A DNA stretch of 64,000 bases, taken from the IMG/VR virus record IMGVR_UViG_2834917809_000007, positions 21,360-85,359 of that record; one strand, given 5' to 3'. This DNA is from a virus. Taxonomy: Duplodnaviria > Caudoviricetes. The position numbers were made by a program, and so were the translations under genes. The notes beneath the pieces are model-generated. The model worked only from the letters and a program-made list of their open reading frames with translations. It had not been told where the DNA came from and did no database searches. Positions 47,919 through 58,900 of the stretch are shown here, piece by piece (positions within the stretch are counted from its first letter, which is position 1; each line of letters starts with the position of its first letter).

Positions 47919-48813
47919 CCTTTCCCAGCTGCCCGCCCCGCAGATAGTGGATGTGCCGGATTTTGAAATGCTGCTAAACGAACGGAAAGCCGCGTTTATG
48001 GCCCTTTATCCGGCAGACGAGCAGGACGCGGTAAGGCGCACGCTTGAGCTGGAGTCTGAACCCGTGACCAAGCTCCTGCAGGAAAATGCGTATCGTGAAA
48101 TCCTTCTGCGCCAGCGCATTAACGAGGCGGCGCAGGCGGTCATGGTGGCTTATGCCATTGGCGGCGATCTCGATCAGATGGCAGCCAACTACAACGTGAA
48201 GCGGCTGACGGTTACACCTGCGGATAACGAAGCGGTGCCGCCGGTCGCAGCGTTAATGGAAAGTGATGAGGCGCTGCGCCTGCGTGTTCCTGCAGCATTT
48301 GAGGGGCTGTCCGTTGCGGGGCCGACGGCGGCCTACGAGTTTCACGCTAAAAGCGCTGACGGGCGAGTGGCTGACGCCAGCGCAACCAGCCCGTCACCGG
48401 CGGAGGTGGTGCTTACCGTGCTGAGCCGTGAGGGCGACGGAACGGCAGCGGCGGATCTGCTGGCAGTGGTTGAACAGGCGCTTAACAGTGAGAACGTGCG
48501 GCCGGTTGCTGACCGTCTGACGGTGCGCAGCGCTGAAATTATTCCGTACAGCGTGGATGCGACGATCTTTCTTTACCCGGGGCCAGAAGCTGAGCCGGTG
48601 ATGGAGGCGGCAAAAGCCAGCCTGCAGAAATATATCGCCAGCCAGACGAGGCTAGGGCGTGATATTCGCCGCAGTGCTATTTATGCCGCGCTGCATGTTG
48701 AAGGTGTGCAGCGTGTTGAACTGGCCTCGCCGCTCGCTGATGTGGTGCTGGATAAGACACAAGCCGCTTCATGTACGGAATGGAGCGTAACCAACGGGGG
48801 AACGGATGAATAG
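47905..48813 (+). CDS. J: Baseplate J
   Basis: IDLSQLPAP, SVAGPTAAY. Confidence 0.95.
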   Translation: MAVIDLSQLPAPQIVDVPDFEMLLNERKAAFMALYPADEQDAVRRTLELESEPVTKLLQENAYREILLRQRINEAAQAVMVAYAIGGDLDQMAANYNVKRLTVTPADNEAVPPVAALMESDEALRLRVPAAFEGLSVAGPTAAYEFHAKSADGRVADASATSPSPAEVVLTVLSREGDGTAAADLLAVVEQALNSENVRPVADRLTVRSAEIIPYSVDATIFLYPGPEAEPVMEAAKASLQKYIASQTRLGRDIRRSAIYAALHVEGVQRVELASPLADVVLDKTQAASCTEWSVTNGGTDE

Positions 48814-49411
48814 TCTGCTTCCTCCTGGTTCATCGCCGCTTGAGCGCCGACTAGCTCAGACCTGCGGCGGAATTTCCGATCTGCAGGTGCCGCTGCGGGA
48901 TTTATGGAACCCGGCAACATGCCCGGTCAAGTTTCTGCCGTATCTGGCGTGGGCCTTTTCGGTTGATCGCTGGGACGAAGGATGGGCGGAGAGCGTGAAG
49001 CGCCGTGTGGTGCAGGATGCGTTCTATATCCATCAGCACAAGGGCACAACGAGCGCGGTGCGGCGTGTGGTGGAGCCGTTCGGCTTTCTGATCCGAATCA
49101 TTGAATGGTGGCAGACCGGCGAGGCGCCGGGCACGTTTCGCCTGGATATTGGGGTGCAGGACCAGGGTATAACAGAGGAAACCTATCTGGAGCTGGAGCG
49201 CCTGATTGGTGACGCCAAACCCTGCAGTCGGCATCTGATCGGCATGTCCATAAATCTGCAGACGAGCGGGCCATATTTTGTGGGGGCTGCCACGTACACC
49301 GGCGAAGAAATCACGATTTACCCGTATATCAACGAAACCATCATTTCCGGTGGCACTGCCTACGAGGGCGGCGCCGTCCATGTTATCGACACTATGAGAG
49401 TGAACCCATGA
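48806..49411 (+). CDS. I: Tail protein I
   Basis: LPYLAWAFSVDRW, HQHKGT. Confidence 0.95.
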   Translation: MNSLLPPGSSPLERRLAQTCGGISDLQVPLRDLWNPATCPVKFLPYLAWAFSVDRWDEGWAESVKRRVVQDAFYIHQHKGTTSAVRRVVEPFGFLIRIIEWWQTGEAPGTFRLDIGVQDQGITEETYLELERLIGDAKPCSRHLIGMSINLQTSGPYFVGAATYTGEEITIYPYINETIISGGTAYEGGAVHVIDTMRVNP

Positions 49412-50583
49412 GCGCAAAATTTTATACCCTGCTGACGGATATTGGCGCGGCGAAACTGGCAAGCGCTGCCGCGCTCGGTGTGCCGCTGAAAATTACCCAG
49501 ATGGCGGTGGGGGATGGCGGCGGAGTGCTTCCAACTCCCAGCGCACAACAGACGAAGCTGGTTTCCGAAAAGCGGCGCGCTGACCTGAACATGCTTTACA
49601 TCGATCCGCAAAACAGCAGCCAGATTATTGCTGAGCAGGTGATTCCTGAAACTGAGGGCGGTTGGTGGATTCGTGAGGTTGGGCTGTTTGATGAAACGGG
49701 CGCGCTGATCGCAGTGGGGAACTGCCCGGAGAGCTATAAGCCGCAGCTGGCAGAGGGCAGCGGCCGCACGCAGACAGTGCGCATGGTATTGATTACCAGC
49801 AGCACCGATAACATTACGCTGAAAATTGATCCGTCCGTAGTGCTGGCTACCCGAAAATATGTGGATGACAAGGTGCTGGAACTAAAGGTGTATGTAGATG
49901 AGCTGATGGCGGCGCATCTTGCAGCAGCTGATCCACATACGCAATATGCAACAAAAGCCAGCCCGACGTTTACCGGCACCCCAAAAGCCCCGACTGCAAC
50001 TGCAGGTAACAATACCACTCAGCTTGCCACAACTGCGTTTGTGCAGGCGGCTCTGATCGCCCTGGTGAATGGTGCCCCGGCTACGCTGGACACACTGAAA
50101 GAAATTGCTGCGGCTATCAACAACGATCCTAATTTCAGCACCACCATTAATAACGCGCTTGCACTCAAAGCCCCACTGGCAAGCCCGGCCCTGACCGGAA
50201 CGCCGACAGCCCCCACGGCTGCGCAGACTGTCAACAATACGCAAATTGCCACTACTGCTTTCGTCAAATCAGCTCTGGCTGCGCTTGTTGGCTCATCACC
50301 TGCGGCGCTTGATACCCTGAACGAGCTGGCGGCGGCGTTAGGAAACGATCCTAACTTTGCAACCACCATGACAAATGCACTGGCAGGCAAGCAGCCGCTG
50401 GATAGCACGCTAACAACTTTGTCTGGAAAAACCGCAGATGGGATTATCGAATACCTTCGTTTGGGAGAAGCGGCAAAAATGGAGGCGGCCACCGCACAGA
50501 TCGGTGCTAATGGCTGGATATATATTCCCGTTACTGGCGGCAAAAAAACTGCTGCTGCAGTGGGCTTTAACCGGTGCGAGTAA
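49408..50583 (+). CDS. H: Tail fibre H; constant part to about 50455, then a variable cassette that is frameshifted as sequenced
   Basis: P2 gpH N-terminus; SP-x-(F/L)TGTP repeats; A7 run at 50542-50548 shifts out of the LLLQW frame; the natural end YWFAVGY* is at 50792. Confidence 0.85.
   Translation: MSAKFYTLLTDIGAAKLASAAALGVPLKITQMAVGDGGGVLPTPSAQQTKLVSEKRRADLNMLYIDPQNSSQIIAEQVIPETEGGWWIREVGLFDETGALIAVGNCPESYKPQLAEGSGRTQTVRMVLITSSTDNITLKIDPSVVLATRKYVDDKVLELKVYVDELMAAHLAAADPHTQYATKASPTFTGTPKAPTATAGNNTTQLATTAFVQAALIALVNGAPATLDTLKEIAAAINNDPNFSTTINNALALKAPLASPALTGTPTAPTAAQTVNNTQIATTAFVKSALAALVGSSPAALDTLNELAAALGNDPNFATTMTNALAGKQPLDSTLTTLSGKTADGIIEYLRLGEAAKMEAATAQIGANGWIYIPVTGGKKTAAAVGFNRCE
50444..50469 (+). 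repeat. Invertase crossover site 1 (hix/gix-like)
   Basis: TTATCGAATACC-TT-CGTTTGGGAGAA. Confidence 0.85.
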
Positions 50584-50885
50584 TTATTCTTTAAATTCCA
50601 ATTGCATTTCCCGTAGGTGGTTTATGCCTGGTTGCTATGGCCATACAACTGATTCCGCTGATGTGAGCATGGTAACTATGACTAATGGATTCATCAGGAT
50701 AAAACCAGCGCGTTTGCTTTGTGCGCCAGAACAGTGAACGGCGTGCAGCAACCTTTGAACGTAGCGTTTACTGGTTCGCTGTCGGCTACTGACGTCAAAA
50801 TATTGTGTTATTACTCACACAAAGTAGCCAGATGATTTTTTACGAAACCGCACTTACGATCTGAATTTCAACTAAGGAGTGCGTT

Positions 50886-51348
50886 ATGAACTATTGGTTT
50901 AGCCTGCAAACAATGCCTTTTACCCTGTAGCCTTAAAGGAGTCTTATGTAAATGCCGGAGCCTACCTAATGACTTAATTGAAGTTGAAGACACTATTTCA
51001 ATGAATTTCCGCGACTCCGCCGGACGGAAAAATGCGTGGTGTAGGGACAGCGGCCTGCCGATCTGGGTAGATATTCTCGTTGTGGAAGAAAGCCGGAACA
51101 AATCAAGGCACGCGCCGCGTTTTACGTGATGAATTCATAGTCAGCACGGATAGAATGCTTGTTTCTGATTTCACTATTAACAATATTCCATTGACCGCAG
51201 AACAGCAGGCGAACTTTTGGACGTGAGGCAAAATTTTAAAGTTTGGCCTGAGAGTGAGGTTGGCCTAAGGTTGAACTTCCTGAGATACCTCAATGGATTC
51301 TTATTGAGGCAGTAAACAACGGTTACATAGTCAAGAATTGGCCTGAGT
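50886..51348 (+). pseudogene. Tail fibre assembly (Tfa-like) gene, broken by multiple 1-bp deletions as sequenced
   Basis: TAAGGAG RBS; reconstructed NAFYPVAL...LPNDLIEV...PPDGKMR...GLPIWVD. Confidence 0.7.
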
Positions 51349-51350
51349 GA

Positions 51351-51376
51351 AATAAAGCCCGCAAGGGCTTTATTTT
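51351..51376. terminator. Bidirectional terminator inside the invertible segment
   Basis: AAATAAAGCCC-GCAA-GGGCTTTATTT. Confidence 0.85.
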
Positions 51377-51377
51377 T

Positions 51378-51731
51378 TAATAACCAAAACAATCCAGTAA
51401 ATTGTATTAGTAGTGGCGTGACGTAAGTGAAATTTATCACTCCGCGAGAGGATTTTGCCGTATCAAAGCCAACAAACGAGTCGAGGATCTTGCGTACTGA
51501 ACATTGCATTAACCATCAGAAGCGAGGAAGGAAAGGCAACAGGTAAAGTAACCGACAAGCTGTTTACAACACCGTTAGTTGTAGTAACTGCAAAACTTCC
51601 CCACTGAATAATTAAACCACTAGGTAATTTTGCATAGCCGTTGCCTGCAATGCTATTAGCGAAATAAGCCATGTCAGGTAGTTGATTGGCGCTATTTCCA
51701 ACCGTCCTTTTTGCCGCTTCTCCCAAACGAA
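51378..51731 (-). pseudogene. Silent fibre C-terminal cassette 2 (frameshifted as sequenced)
   Basis: LGEAAK...GYAKLPSGLIIQWG...LPVAFP; reconstructed end YWIVFGY*. Confidence 0.75.
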
Positions 51732-51743
51732 CGTTTAATAACC
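51718..51743 (-). repeat. Invertase crossover site 2 (inverted; outer half degenerate)
   Basis: TTCGTTTGGGAGAAGCGGCAAAA, an inverted copy of 50456-50478. Confidence 0.8.
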
Positions 51744-52114
51744 GAGTATAAACACAGTTGCCTGCAAGTCAGCGGTAACGGAAGGATCTGCTTTGATGGC
51801 TACACCTCCAACTCGTACAGTAGCCGTAGCTTTTCCATTTATATTTGCTGTTGCAGTTTCAACAAGAGTTTCTCCCGAATCCATAGGAGTGGCGTTTATT
51901 ACCAGCGCCGCGTTTGGGAAAGCTATTGGGTAACTGAAAGAAGTAACTCCATCGTAGCCTTTGACGGCAGAACCGCTATTCAGAGGTGCAGATACGGATA
52001 CTTTTCCCCATTGCATAATGAGCACAGCTCCGCCAGAAAGTGGAAATTTAGCCCACCCGGAATTCCCTATCGAACCAGACGAGGCAGCAAGTTTTGCCGC
52101 TTCCCCCAAACGAA
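51735..52114 (-). CDS. Silent fibre C-terminal cassette 3 (intact frame, no own start)
   Basis: LGEAAK...LIMQWG...YPIAFP...VFILGY*. Confidence 0.8.
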
Positions 52115-52126
52115 GGTTTTTTATCC
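52101..52126 (-). repeat. Invertase crossover site 3 (inverted)
   Basis: Reverse complement GGATAAAAAACC-TT-CGTTTGGGGGAA. Confidence 0.85.
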
Positions 52127-52234
52127 ACCACGGTCATGATTGTCCGTGTTGGCCATTCTCCGCATTACAGTCAGAAATGACCATGCTCGATAAAATGGTG
52201 ACATCATTCACCACTTTTTTATGGGCGAAAAATC

Positions 52235-52822
52235 ATGCAAATCGGTTACGTAAGGGTGTCAACAAATGACCAAAACACAGCGTTACAACGAAATGCGCTG
52301 GAGTGCGCAGGATGTGAGCTGATATTTGAGGATAAAATGAGCGGGAAAACCTCTGATCGTCCGGGGCTAAAGAAGGTCCTGCGCACGCTCTCCGAAGGGG
52401 ACACGCTGGTAGTCTGGAAGCTGGACAGGTTGGGCAGGAGTATGCGGCATCTTGTTACTCTGATTGAAGACCTGCGAGGGAGGGGAGTAAATTTCCGCAG
52501 CCTGACAGACAGCATTGATACATCAACTCCGATGGGGCGTTTCTTTTTCCATGTTATGGGTGCCCTGGCAGAAATGGAGCGAGAGCTGATCGTAGAGCGA
52601 ACCCGTGCCGGGCTGGCTGTAGCGCGTGCGCAAGGGCGGATTGGTGGCCGACGGCCAAAGCTATCAGAGAATGAGTGGGCGCAAATTGGCCGGTTGCTGG
52701 CTGCCGGAGAAACGCGAAAACGCGTGTCGATAATTTTTGATGTTGGCATATCTACCATTTACAAAAGATTCCCCGCGTCGGGCTTAACTGAATTGTCTGA
52801 ATGCTCAGACATTACTGTATAA
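52235..52822 (+). CDS. Serine DNA invertase (Gin/Cin/Pin/Hin family)
   Basis: GYVRVST, VWKLDRLGRS, GRIGGRRPKL. Confidence 0.95.
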   Translation: MQIGYVRVSTNDQNTALQRNALECAGCELIFEDKMSGKTSDRPGLKKVLRTLSEGDTLVVWKLDRLGRSMRHLVTLIEDLRGRGVNFRSLTDSIDTSTPMGRFFFHVMGALAEMERELIVERTRAGLAVARAQGRIGGRRPKLSENEWAQIGRLLAAGETRKRVSIIFDVGISTIYKRFPASGLTELSECSDITV

Positions 52823-52880
52823 ATGAACATGCTTTCTCATTTATGTAACCTGAAATCAGGCACATAAGAGAGGCAAGGCT

Positions 52881-53633
52881 ATGCAAAAAGCAGTTATTGG
52901 GGCGGCAACTATTTACTGTGGTGACAGCTTGGAAATTTTACGCGAACTCACTGGCGAATTTGATGCAGTAATTACTGATCCGCCTTATTCCAGCGGTGGT
53001 ATGACGCGCAGTGATCGGCAGGCCAAACCCTCCGGGAAGTATGTAGGAAATAACAACTACCATGAGTTTTTCGGCGATAACAGAGACGTGCGCTCCTGGG
53101 CGTTCTGGATGACGCAGTGGATGAGTCAGGTTAACCGCCTGGTTAAGTCAGGCGGCTATGCCATGGTTTTCACTGACTGGCGGCAGCTTCCAACGCTTAC
53201 TGACGTTTTCCAGGCTGGCGGTTTTGTGTGGCGGGGGCTGATTCCGTGGGATAAAACGCTTTCAACCCGTGCGCCTCATACCGGTTATTTTCGTCATCAG
53301 TGCGAATACGTGGTTTGGGGAAGTAACGGACCATTGCCTAAAAGTCTGCATGGTGGACCCTGGCCGGGTATGGTGACTCGTCGGGTTATTCCGTCTCAAA
53401 AACTCCATATGACCGGCAAACCGATTGAGCTTATGGAGAGCCTGATTGCTCCCGTTCCCCCTGGCGGCCATATTCTTGATCCATTTATGGGGAGTGCATC
53501 AACTGGCGTTGCCGCGTTGAGGAAGGGATATAAATTTACCGGGATTGAAATGAGCCAGCAGTATTTTGATATCTCATGCGAACGCCTGGAAAAAGAAAAC
53601 GCAGATATCCGCGCGGGCGTATTGTGTGATTAA
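52881..53633 (+). CDS. Third DNA methyltransferase (N6A/N4C, beta-class motif order)
   Basis: DPPY precedes DPFMGS; H-x-T-x-KP motif. Confidence 0.9.
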   Translation: MQKAVIGAATIYCGDSLEILRELTGEFDAVITDPPYSSGGMTRSDRQAKPSGKYVGNNNYHEFFGDNRDVRSWAFWMTQWMSQVNRLVKSGGYAMVFTDWRQLPTLTDVFQAGGFVWRGLIPWDKTLSTRAPHTGYFRHQCEYVVWGSNGPLPKSLHGGPWPGMVTRRVIPSQKLHMTGKPIELMESLIAPVPPGGHILDPFMGSASTGVAALRKGYKFTGIEMSQQYFDISCERLEKENADIRAGVLCD

Positions 53634-53640
53634 GGGAACA
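53623..53640 (+). promoter_or_regulatory. Ogr-type activator site of the F promoter
   Basis: TGT-N12-ACA upstream of FI. Confidence 0.7.
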
Positions 53641-53713
53641 ATGCCGCGTAGCTGTCTGCGCGGCCCATTCAATTCACCATAGGGCGAAACCTAAACACCG
53701 GAGGGTTCGCCGT

Positions 53714-54886
53714 ATGGCTCAGGATTATCACCACGGTGTGCGCGTCGTTGAGGTCAACGATGGCACCCGCCCCATTTCAACAGTAAGCACGGCAATTGTC
53801 GGTATGGTCTGTACCGGCGATGATGCAGATGCGTCCGTGTTCCCCCTCAATAAACCGGTCCTGCTTACCGACGTGCTGACCGCCAGCGGTAAAGCAGGCG
53901 AGTCCGGCACGCTGGCCCGCTCACTGGATGCAATTGCCGACCAGGCTAAACCCGTGACTGTCGTTGTGCGCGTTGCACAGGGTGAAACCGAAGCGGAGAC
54001 AACCTCCAACATTATCGGCGGCGTGACAGCTGACGGTAAAAAAACGGGAATGAAAGCGCTGTTATCTGCGCAGTCCCAGCTCGGCATTAAGCCGCGCATT
54101 CTGGGCGTGCCGGGGCACGACACGCAGGCGGTTGCCACTGAGCTGCTGAGCGTGGCGCAGAGTCTGCGAGGCTTCGCCTATCTGTCAGCCTACGGCTGCA
54201 AAACGGTAGAGGAGGCCATTGCCTACCGCGCTAATTTCAGCCAGCGCGAGGGAATGCTGATCTGGCCTGATTTCATCAGTTTTGACACCGTGCTGAATGC
54301 TGACGCAACGGCTTACGCCTCAGCCCGTGCGCTTGGCCTGCGTGCCAAAATTGACGAACAGACCGGCTGGCACAAATCCCTGTCCAACGTGGGCGTGAAT
54401 GGCGTCACCGGCATTTCTGCTGATGTGTTCTGGGATCTGCAGGACCCGGCAACCGATGCGGGGCTGCTGAACCAGAACGATGTCACCACGCTGATCCGCA
54501 AAGAAGGTTTCCGTTTCTGGGGTTCCCGCTGCCTGAGTGACGATCCTCTGTTTGCCTTTGAAAACTACACCCGCACCGCGCAGGTACTTGCTGACACCAT
54601 CGCAGAAGCGCACATGTGGGCGGTGGATGGCGTGCTTAACCCGTCGCTGGCCCGCGACATTATCGAAGGTATTCGCGCCAAACTGCGTAACCTGAAAACA
54701 CAGGGCTACATCATCGGCGCTGACTGCTGGCTGGATGAGTCCGTAAACGATAAAGATTCCCTGAAAGCCGGGAAGCTCACTATCGATTACGACTATACGC
54801 CGGTACCGCCTCTGGAAAACCTGATGCTGCGTCAGCGCATCACCGATCAGTATCTGCTGGATTTCTCCAGCCAGGTCAGCGCGTAA
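53714..54886 (+). CDS. FI: Tail sheath
   Basis: [18 protein letters not shown]. Confidence 0.96.
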   Translation: MAQDYHHGVRVVEVNDGTRPISTVSTAIVGMVCTGDDADASVFPLNKPVLLTDVLTASGKAGESGTLARSLDAIADQAKPVTVVVRVAQGETEAETTSNIIGGVTADGKKTGMKALLSAQSQLGIKPRILGVPGHDTQAVATELLSVAQSLRGFAYLSAYGCKTVEEAIAYRANFSQREGMLIWPDFISFDTVLNADATAYASARALGLRAKIDEQTGWHKSLSNVGVNGVTGISADVFWDLQDPATDAGLLNQNDVTTLIRKEGFRFWGSRCLSDDPLFAFENYTRTAQVLADTIAEAHMWAVDGVLNPSLARDIIEGIRAKLRNLKTQGYIIGADCWLDESVNDKDSLKAGKLTIDYDYTPVPPLENLMLRQRITDQYLLDFSSQVSA

Positions 54887-54895
54887 GGGGACAAA

Positions 54896-55411
54896 ATGGC
54901 TTTACCACGCAAGTTAAAACACCTGAACCTGTTTAACGACGGGAATAACTATCAGGGGATTGTTGAGTCCCTGACCCTGCCTAAATTCGGCCGCAAGTTT
55001 GAAAAGTATCGCGGCGGCGGTATGCCCGGTTCGGCTGATGTTGATCTGGGGCTTGATGATGGCGCGCTGGACACGGAATTTTCAATCGGTGGCACCGAAC
55101 TACTGTTATTCAAGCAGATGGGTAAAGCCACCGTTGACGGCATCCAGCTGCGTTTCACCGGCTCCATTCAGCGTGATGATACCGGCGAAGTGCAGGCCGT
55201 TGAGCTGGTTGTGCGCGGGCGACATAAAGAAGTCGATTCCGGCGAATGGAAAACCGGCGAGAGCAACACCACAAAAGTCAGCAGCACCAACAGCTACGCG
55301 AAGCTGACCATTAACGGCGAGGTGCTCTATGAGGTTGATGTGATCAACATGATTGAAATCGTTGATGGCGTGGACCTGATGGAAGAACACCGCAACGCCC
55401 TGGGCCTCTGA
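54896..55411 (+). CDS. FII: Tail tube
   Basis: MALPRKLK, YRGGGM. Confidence 0.96.
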   Translation: MALPRKLKHLNLFNDGNNYQGIVESLTLPKFGRKFEKYRGGGMPGSADVDLGLDDGALDTEFSIGGTELLLFKQMGKATVDGIQLRFTGSIQRDDTGEVQAVELVVRGRHKEVDSGEWKTGESNTTKVSSTNSYAKLTINGEVLYEVDVINMIEIVDGVDLMEEHRNALGL

Positions 55412-55465
55412 TCTACTTTAAAGGCGCGGGCAGCCGCGCCAGTACTTTATTAACAGGAAATGACA

Positions 55466-55768
55466 ATGAGCGAACAACTGACTGAAAAAACCGTACCGCT
55501 GGACACCCCAATCAAACGCGGTAAAACCGAAATTGCCGAAATTGTGCTGCGCAAGCCGCAGTCCGGCGCGCTGCGTGGCACCCGTCTGCAGGCGATCATG
55601 GATATGGACGTCGGCGCGATGATGACGATTATTCCCCGCATCTCCATGCCCGCGCTGACCGCTCAGGAAATGGCTGAAATGGACCCCGCCGATCTCACCG
55701 CGCTGTCGGTTGAGGTGGTCACTTTTTTGTTGAAGAAATCGGTGCTTGCCGGTTTGCCGACAGCCTGA
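55466..55768 (+). CDS. E: Tail assembly chaperone E
   Basis: LRKPQSGALRG; slippery site near the 3' end. Confidence 0.92.
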   Translation: MSEQLTEKTVPLDTPIKRGKTEIAEIVLRKPQSGALRGTRLQAIMDMDVGAMMTIIPRISMPALTAQEMAEMDPADLTALSVEVVTFLLKKSVLAGLPTA

Positions 55769-55902
55769 CGGTAGAAGACCTGGTGGCTGATATTGCCACC
55801 ATTTTTCACTGGCCGCCGTCCGTCACTGACGTTATGCCGCTGACCGAAGTGCTGGAGTGGCGGCATAAAGCGATTCAGAGAAGCGGGGCCAGCGATGAGT
55901 GA
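55723..55902 (+). other. Programmed -1 frameshift site and E+E' extension
   Basis: TTTTTTG at 55723-55729; shifted frame ...DIATIFHWPP...LEWR* as in P2 E'. Confidence 0.85.
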
Positions 55903-58900
55903 CACTAACCTGCGTTTGCAGGTAATTCTAAATGCGGTTGATAAGCTCACCCGCCCATTCCGATCAGCGCAGGCCAGCTCTAAAGAGCTGGCTACCGCCA
56001 TTCAGCAAAGCCGCGCAAGATTAAAAGAACTGGACGCCCAGGCGGGCCGTATTGACGGTTTCCGCAAGGCAAGCGCGCAGCTCGCCGTCACCGGCAACAG
56101 TCTTAAAGCCGCACGCGAAGAAGCGGCGAAACTTGCCACGCAGTTCTCGGCCACTAACCGCCCGACGGCGGCGCAGGCTCGTCTGCTTGAGCAGGCAAAA
56201 AACCGCGTTAACGAGCTGCAAAGTAAATACAACGGCCTGCGTCAGTCGGTGCAGCGTCAGCGTCTTGCGCTCAATGAGGCCGGGCTGGACACCAAAAAGC
56301 TGAGCAGTGCACAGCGGGAGCTGCGGCAGAATGCCGACGAAACCCGGCAGGCGCTGGACCGACAGCAGAAATCCCTTAAACGCCTGGGCAAGCAGCAGGC
56401 CCGAATGAACGCCGTCCGCGATCAGTATTCCCGGCGACTTGAGGTGCGGGATCGTATCGCGGGCGCCGGAGCAACGACTACTGCCGCCGGGCTGGCGATG
56501 GGCGCGCCGGTGATGGCAGCCGTTAAAAGCTATGCCAGCATGGAAGATGCGATGAAAGGCGTGGCAAAGCAGGTTAACGGGCTTCGGGACGACAACGGAA
56601 ACCGCACAAAACAGTTTTACGATATGCAGGATGCCATCAAAGCCGCCAGTGAACAGCTGCCGATGGAGAATGGCGCTATTGACTATGCCGCGCTGGTTGA
56701 AGGTGGCGCCCGAATGGGCGTGACAAACCAGAACGATTCTTACGAAGACCAGAAGCGTGACCTGCTGGCCTTTGCATCCACTGCAGCAAAGGCCGCAACG
56801 GCATTCGAGCTGCCCGCTGATGAGCTGGCGGAGGGGCTGGGGAAAATCGCGCAGCTGTATAAAGTGCCGACCCGAAATATTGAACAGCTTGGCGATGCCC
56901 TGAACTACCTGGACGATAACGCCATGTCTAAGGGCGGCGATATCATCAATGTACTGCAGCGCATGGGCGGCGTGGCTGACCGGCTTGATTTCCGCAAGGC
57001 GGCCGCGCTGGGTTCCACCTTCCTGTCTCTGGGCGCCGCGCCTGAAATTGCCGCCAGCGCATCAAATGCGATGGTGCGCGAACTGTCGATTGCAACCATG
57101 CAGAGCAAGCGGTTCATGGAAGGTATGGATCTGCTGAAGCTCAATCCAGAAGAGATTGAAAAGCAGATGACAAAGGACGCAATGGGGACCATTCAGCGCG
57201 TGCTGGAGAAGGTCAACAAACTACCGCAGGACAAGCGCCTGTCCGCCATGACGATGATATTTGGCAAGGAGTTTGGCGATGATGCGGCGAAGCTTGCAAA
57301 CAACCTGCCGGAGCTGCAGAGACAGTTGAAACTCACCTCAGGCACTGAGGCTAACGGCTCCATGCAGAAAGAATCCGATATCAATAAGGATTCACTTTCC
57401 GCGCAGTGGTTGCTTGTTAAAACGGGCGCGCAGAACGCTTTCAGTAGCCTAGGTGAAACCCTGCGCCAGCCGCTGATGGATATCATGGGGTACGTCAAAA
57501 GCGTTACCGGGGCACTGCGTCGTTGGGTTGAGGCTAACCCGCAGCTGGCGGGCACGCTGATGAAAGTGGCGGCTGCCACTGCTGCGATAACCGTTGTACT
57601 CGGCACGCTGGCGGTGGCCGTGGCTGCCGTGCTGGGGCCGCTGGCGGTGATCCGTTTAGGCCTGTCCGTGCTGGGTGTAAAAACACTCCCATCCGTTATG
57701 TCTGCAGTGACCCGCACCGGCGGTGCGCTGTCCTGGCTGGCAAATGCGCCACTTTCCCTGTTGCGCCGTGGCATGGCGGCATCCGGTAGCAGCACCGGAT
57801 TGCTGACGACTCCCCTTAACTCCCTGCGACGTTCTGCCGGGCTGGCTGGCAATGCGCTGAAAGCGCTGGCCGGTGCACCGCTTGCTGTTCTTCGCAGCGG
57901 AATGTCTGGTATTCGCAACATTATCGGCATGGTAATGAATCCACTGACCGCGCTGCGCGGGGGATTATCCGCAGCCGGTGGCGTGGTGCGTTTTCTGGCA
58001 TCCGGCCCGCTGGCCCTCCTTCGCGTCGCGCTGTACGGGATTTCTGGATTGCTGGGCGCCCTGCTTAGTCCGATAGGGCTGGTCGTGGCGGCCCTGGCTG
58101 GCGTGGCGCTGGTTGTCTGGAAATACTGGCAGCCGATAAGCGCATTTTTAGGCGGAGTGGTTGAAGGATTCAAAGCTGCTGCTGCGCCTATCAGTGCGGC
58201 GTTTGAGCCACTGCAGCCTGTTTTCCAGTGGATAGGTGATAAGGTCCAGGCGTTGTGGGGCTGGTTTACTGATCTGCTTACGCCTGTTAAATCCACCTCT
58301 GCAGAACTGCAAAACGCGGCGTCGATGGGGCGGCAGTTTGGCGAAGCGCTGGCGTCAGGGTTGAACATGGTCATGCACCCGCTGGATTCGCTTAAATCGG
58401 GCGTGTCCTGGCTGCTTGAAAAACTCGGCATTGTCAGCAAGGAGGCAGCCAAAGCGAAGCTTCCTGAGCAGGTCACGCGGCAGCAGCCAGCCACGGTAAA
58501 CACAGACGGTAAAGTGGTGCTGCCGCCTGGCGGATTCCCGACGATGGGTTTTGCGGGCATGTACGACAGCGGCGGTACCATTCCGCGCGGCCAGTTCGGC
58601 ATCGTGGGCGAGAATGGCCCTGAGATTGTTAACGGACCCGCCAATGTCACCGGAAGGAAACGGACTGCTGATCTGGCGAGGGTAGCGGCAACGCTCAATC
58701 CTTCCCGGACGGAACCGGCCAGCGCTAAACAACGTCCTGAACGCGGGATAGTTCTGCCGCCTGATAGTGTGAATGGTCCGGCAAATCTTCCGATAATCAA
58801 TCGCACTACTGAACTGGTAAAACTAGCGGCAACGGTAAGCCCGGTTCGTGATGTAACAGCCAGCCCGGAGCAACGGCCTGAAAGCAGGTTAATACTGCCT

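Noticed and set aside
50438-50737. Independent 99-aa gene
   Set aside because: It is the shifted frame of fibre cassette 1 (contains its LLLQW)
55723-55729. Frameshift error in gene E
   Set aside because: It is the known programmed -1 site of P2-like phages
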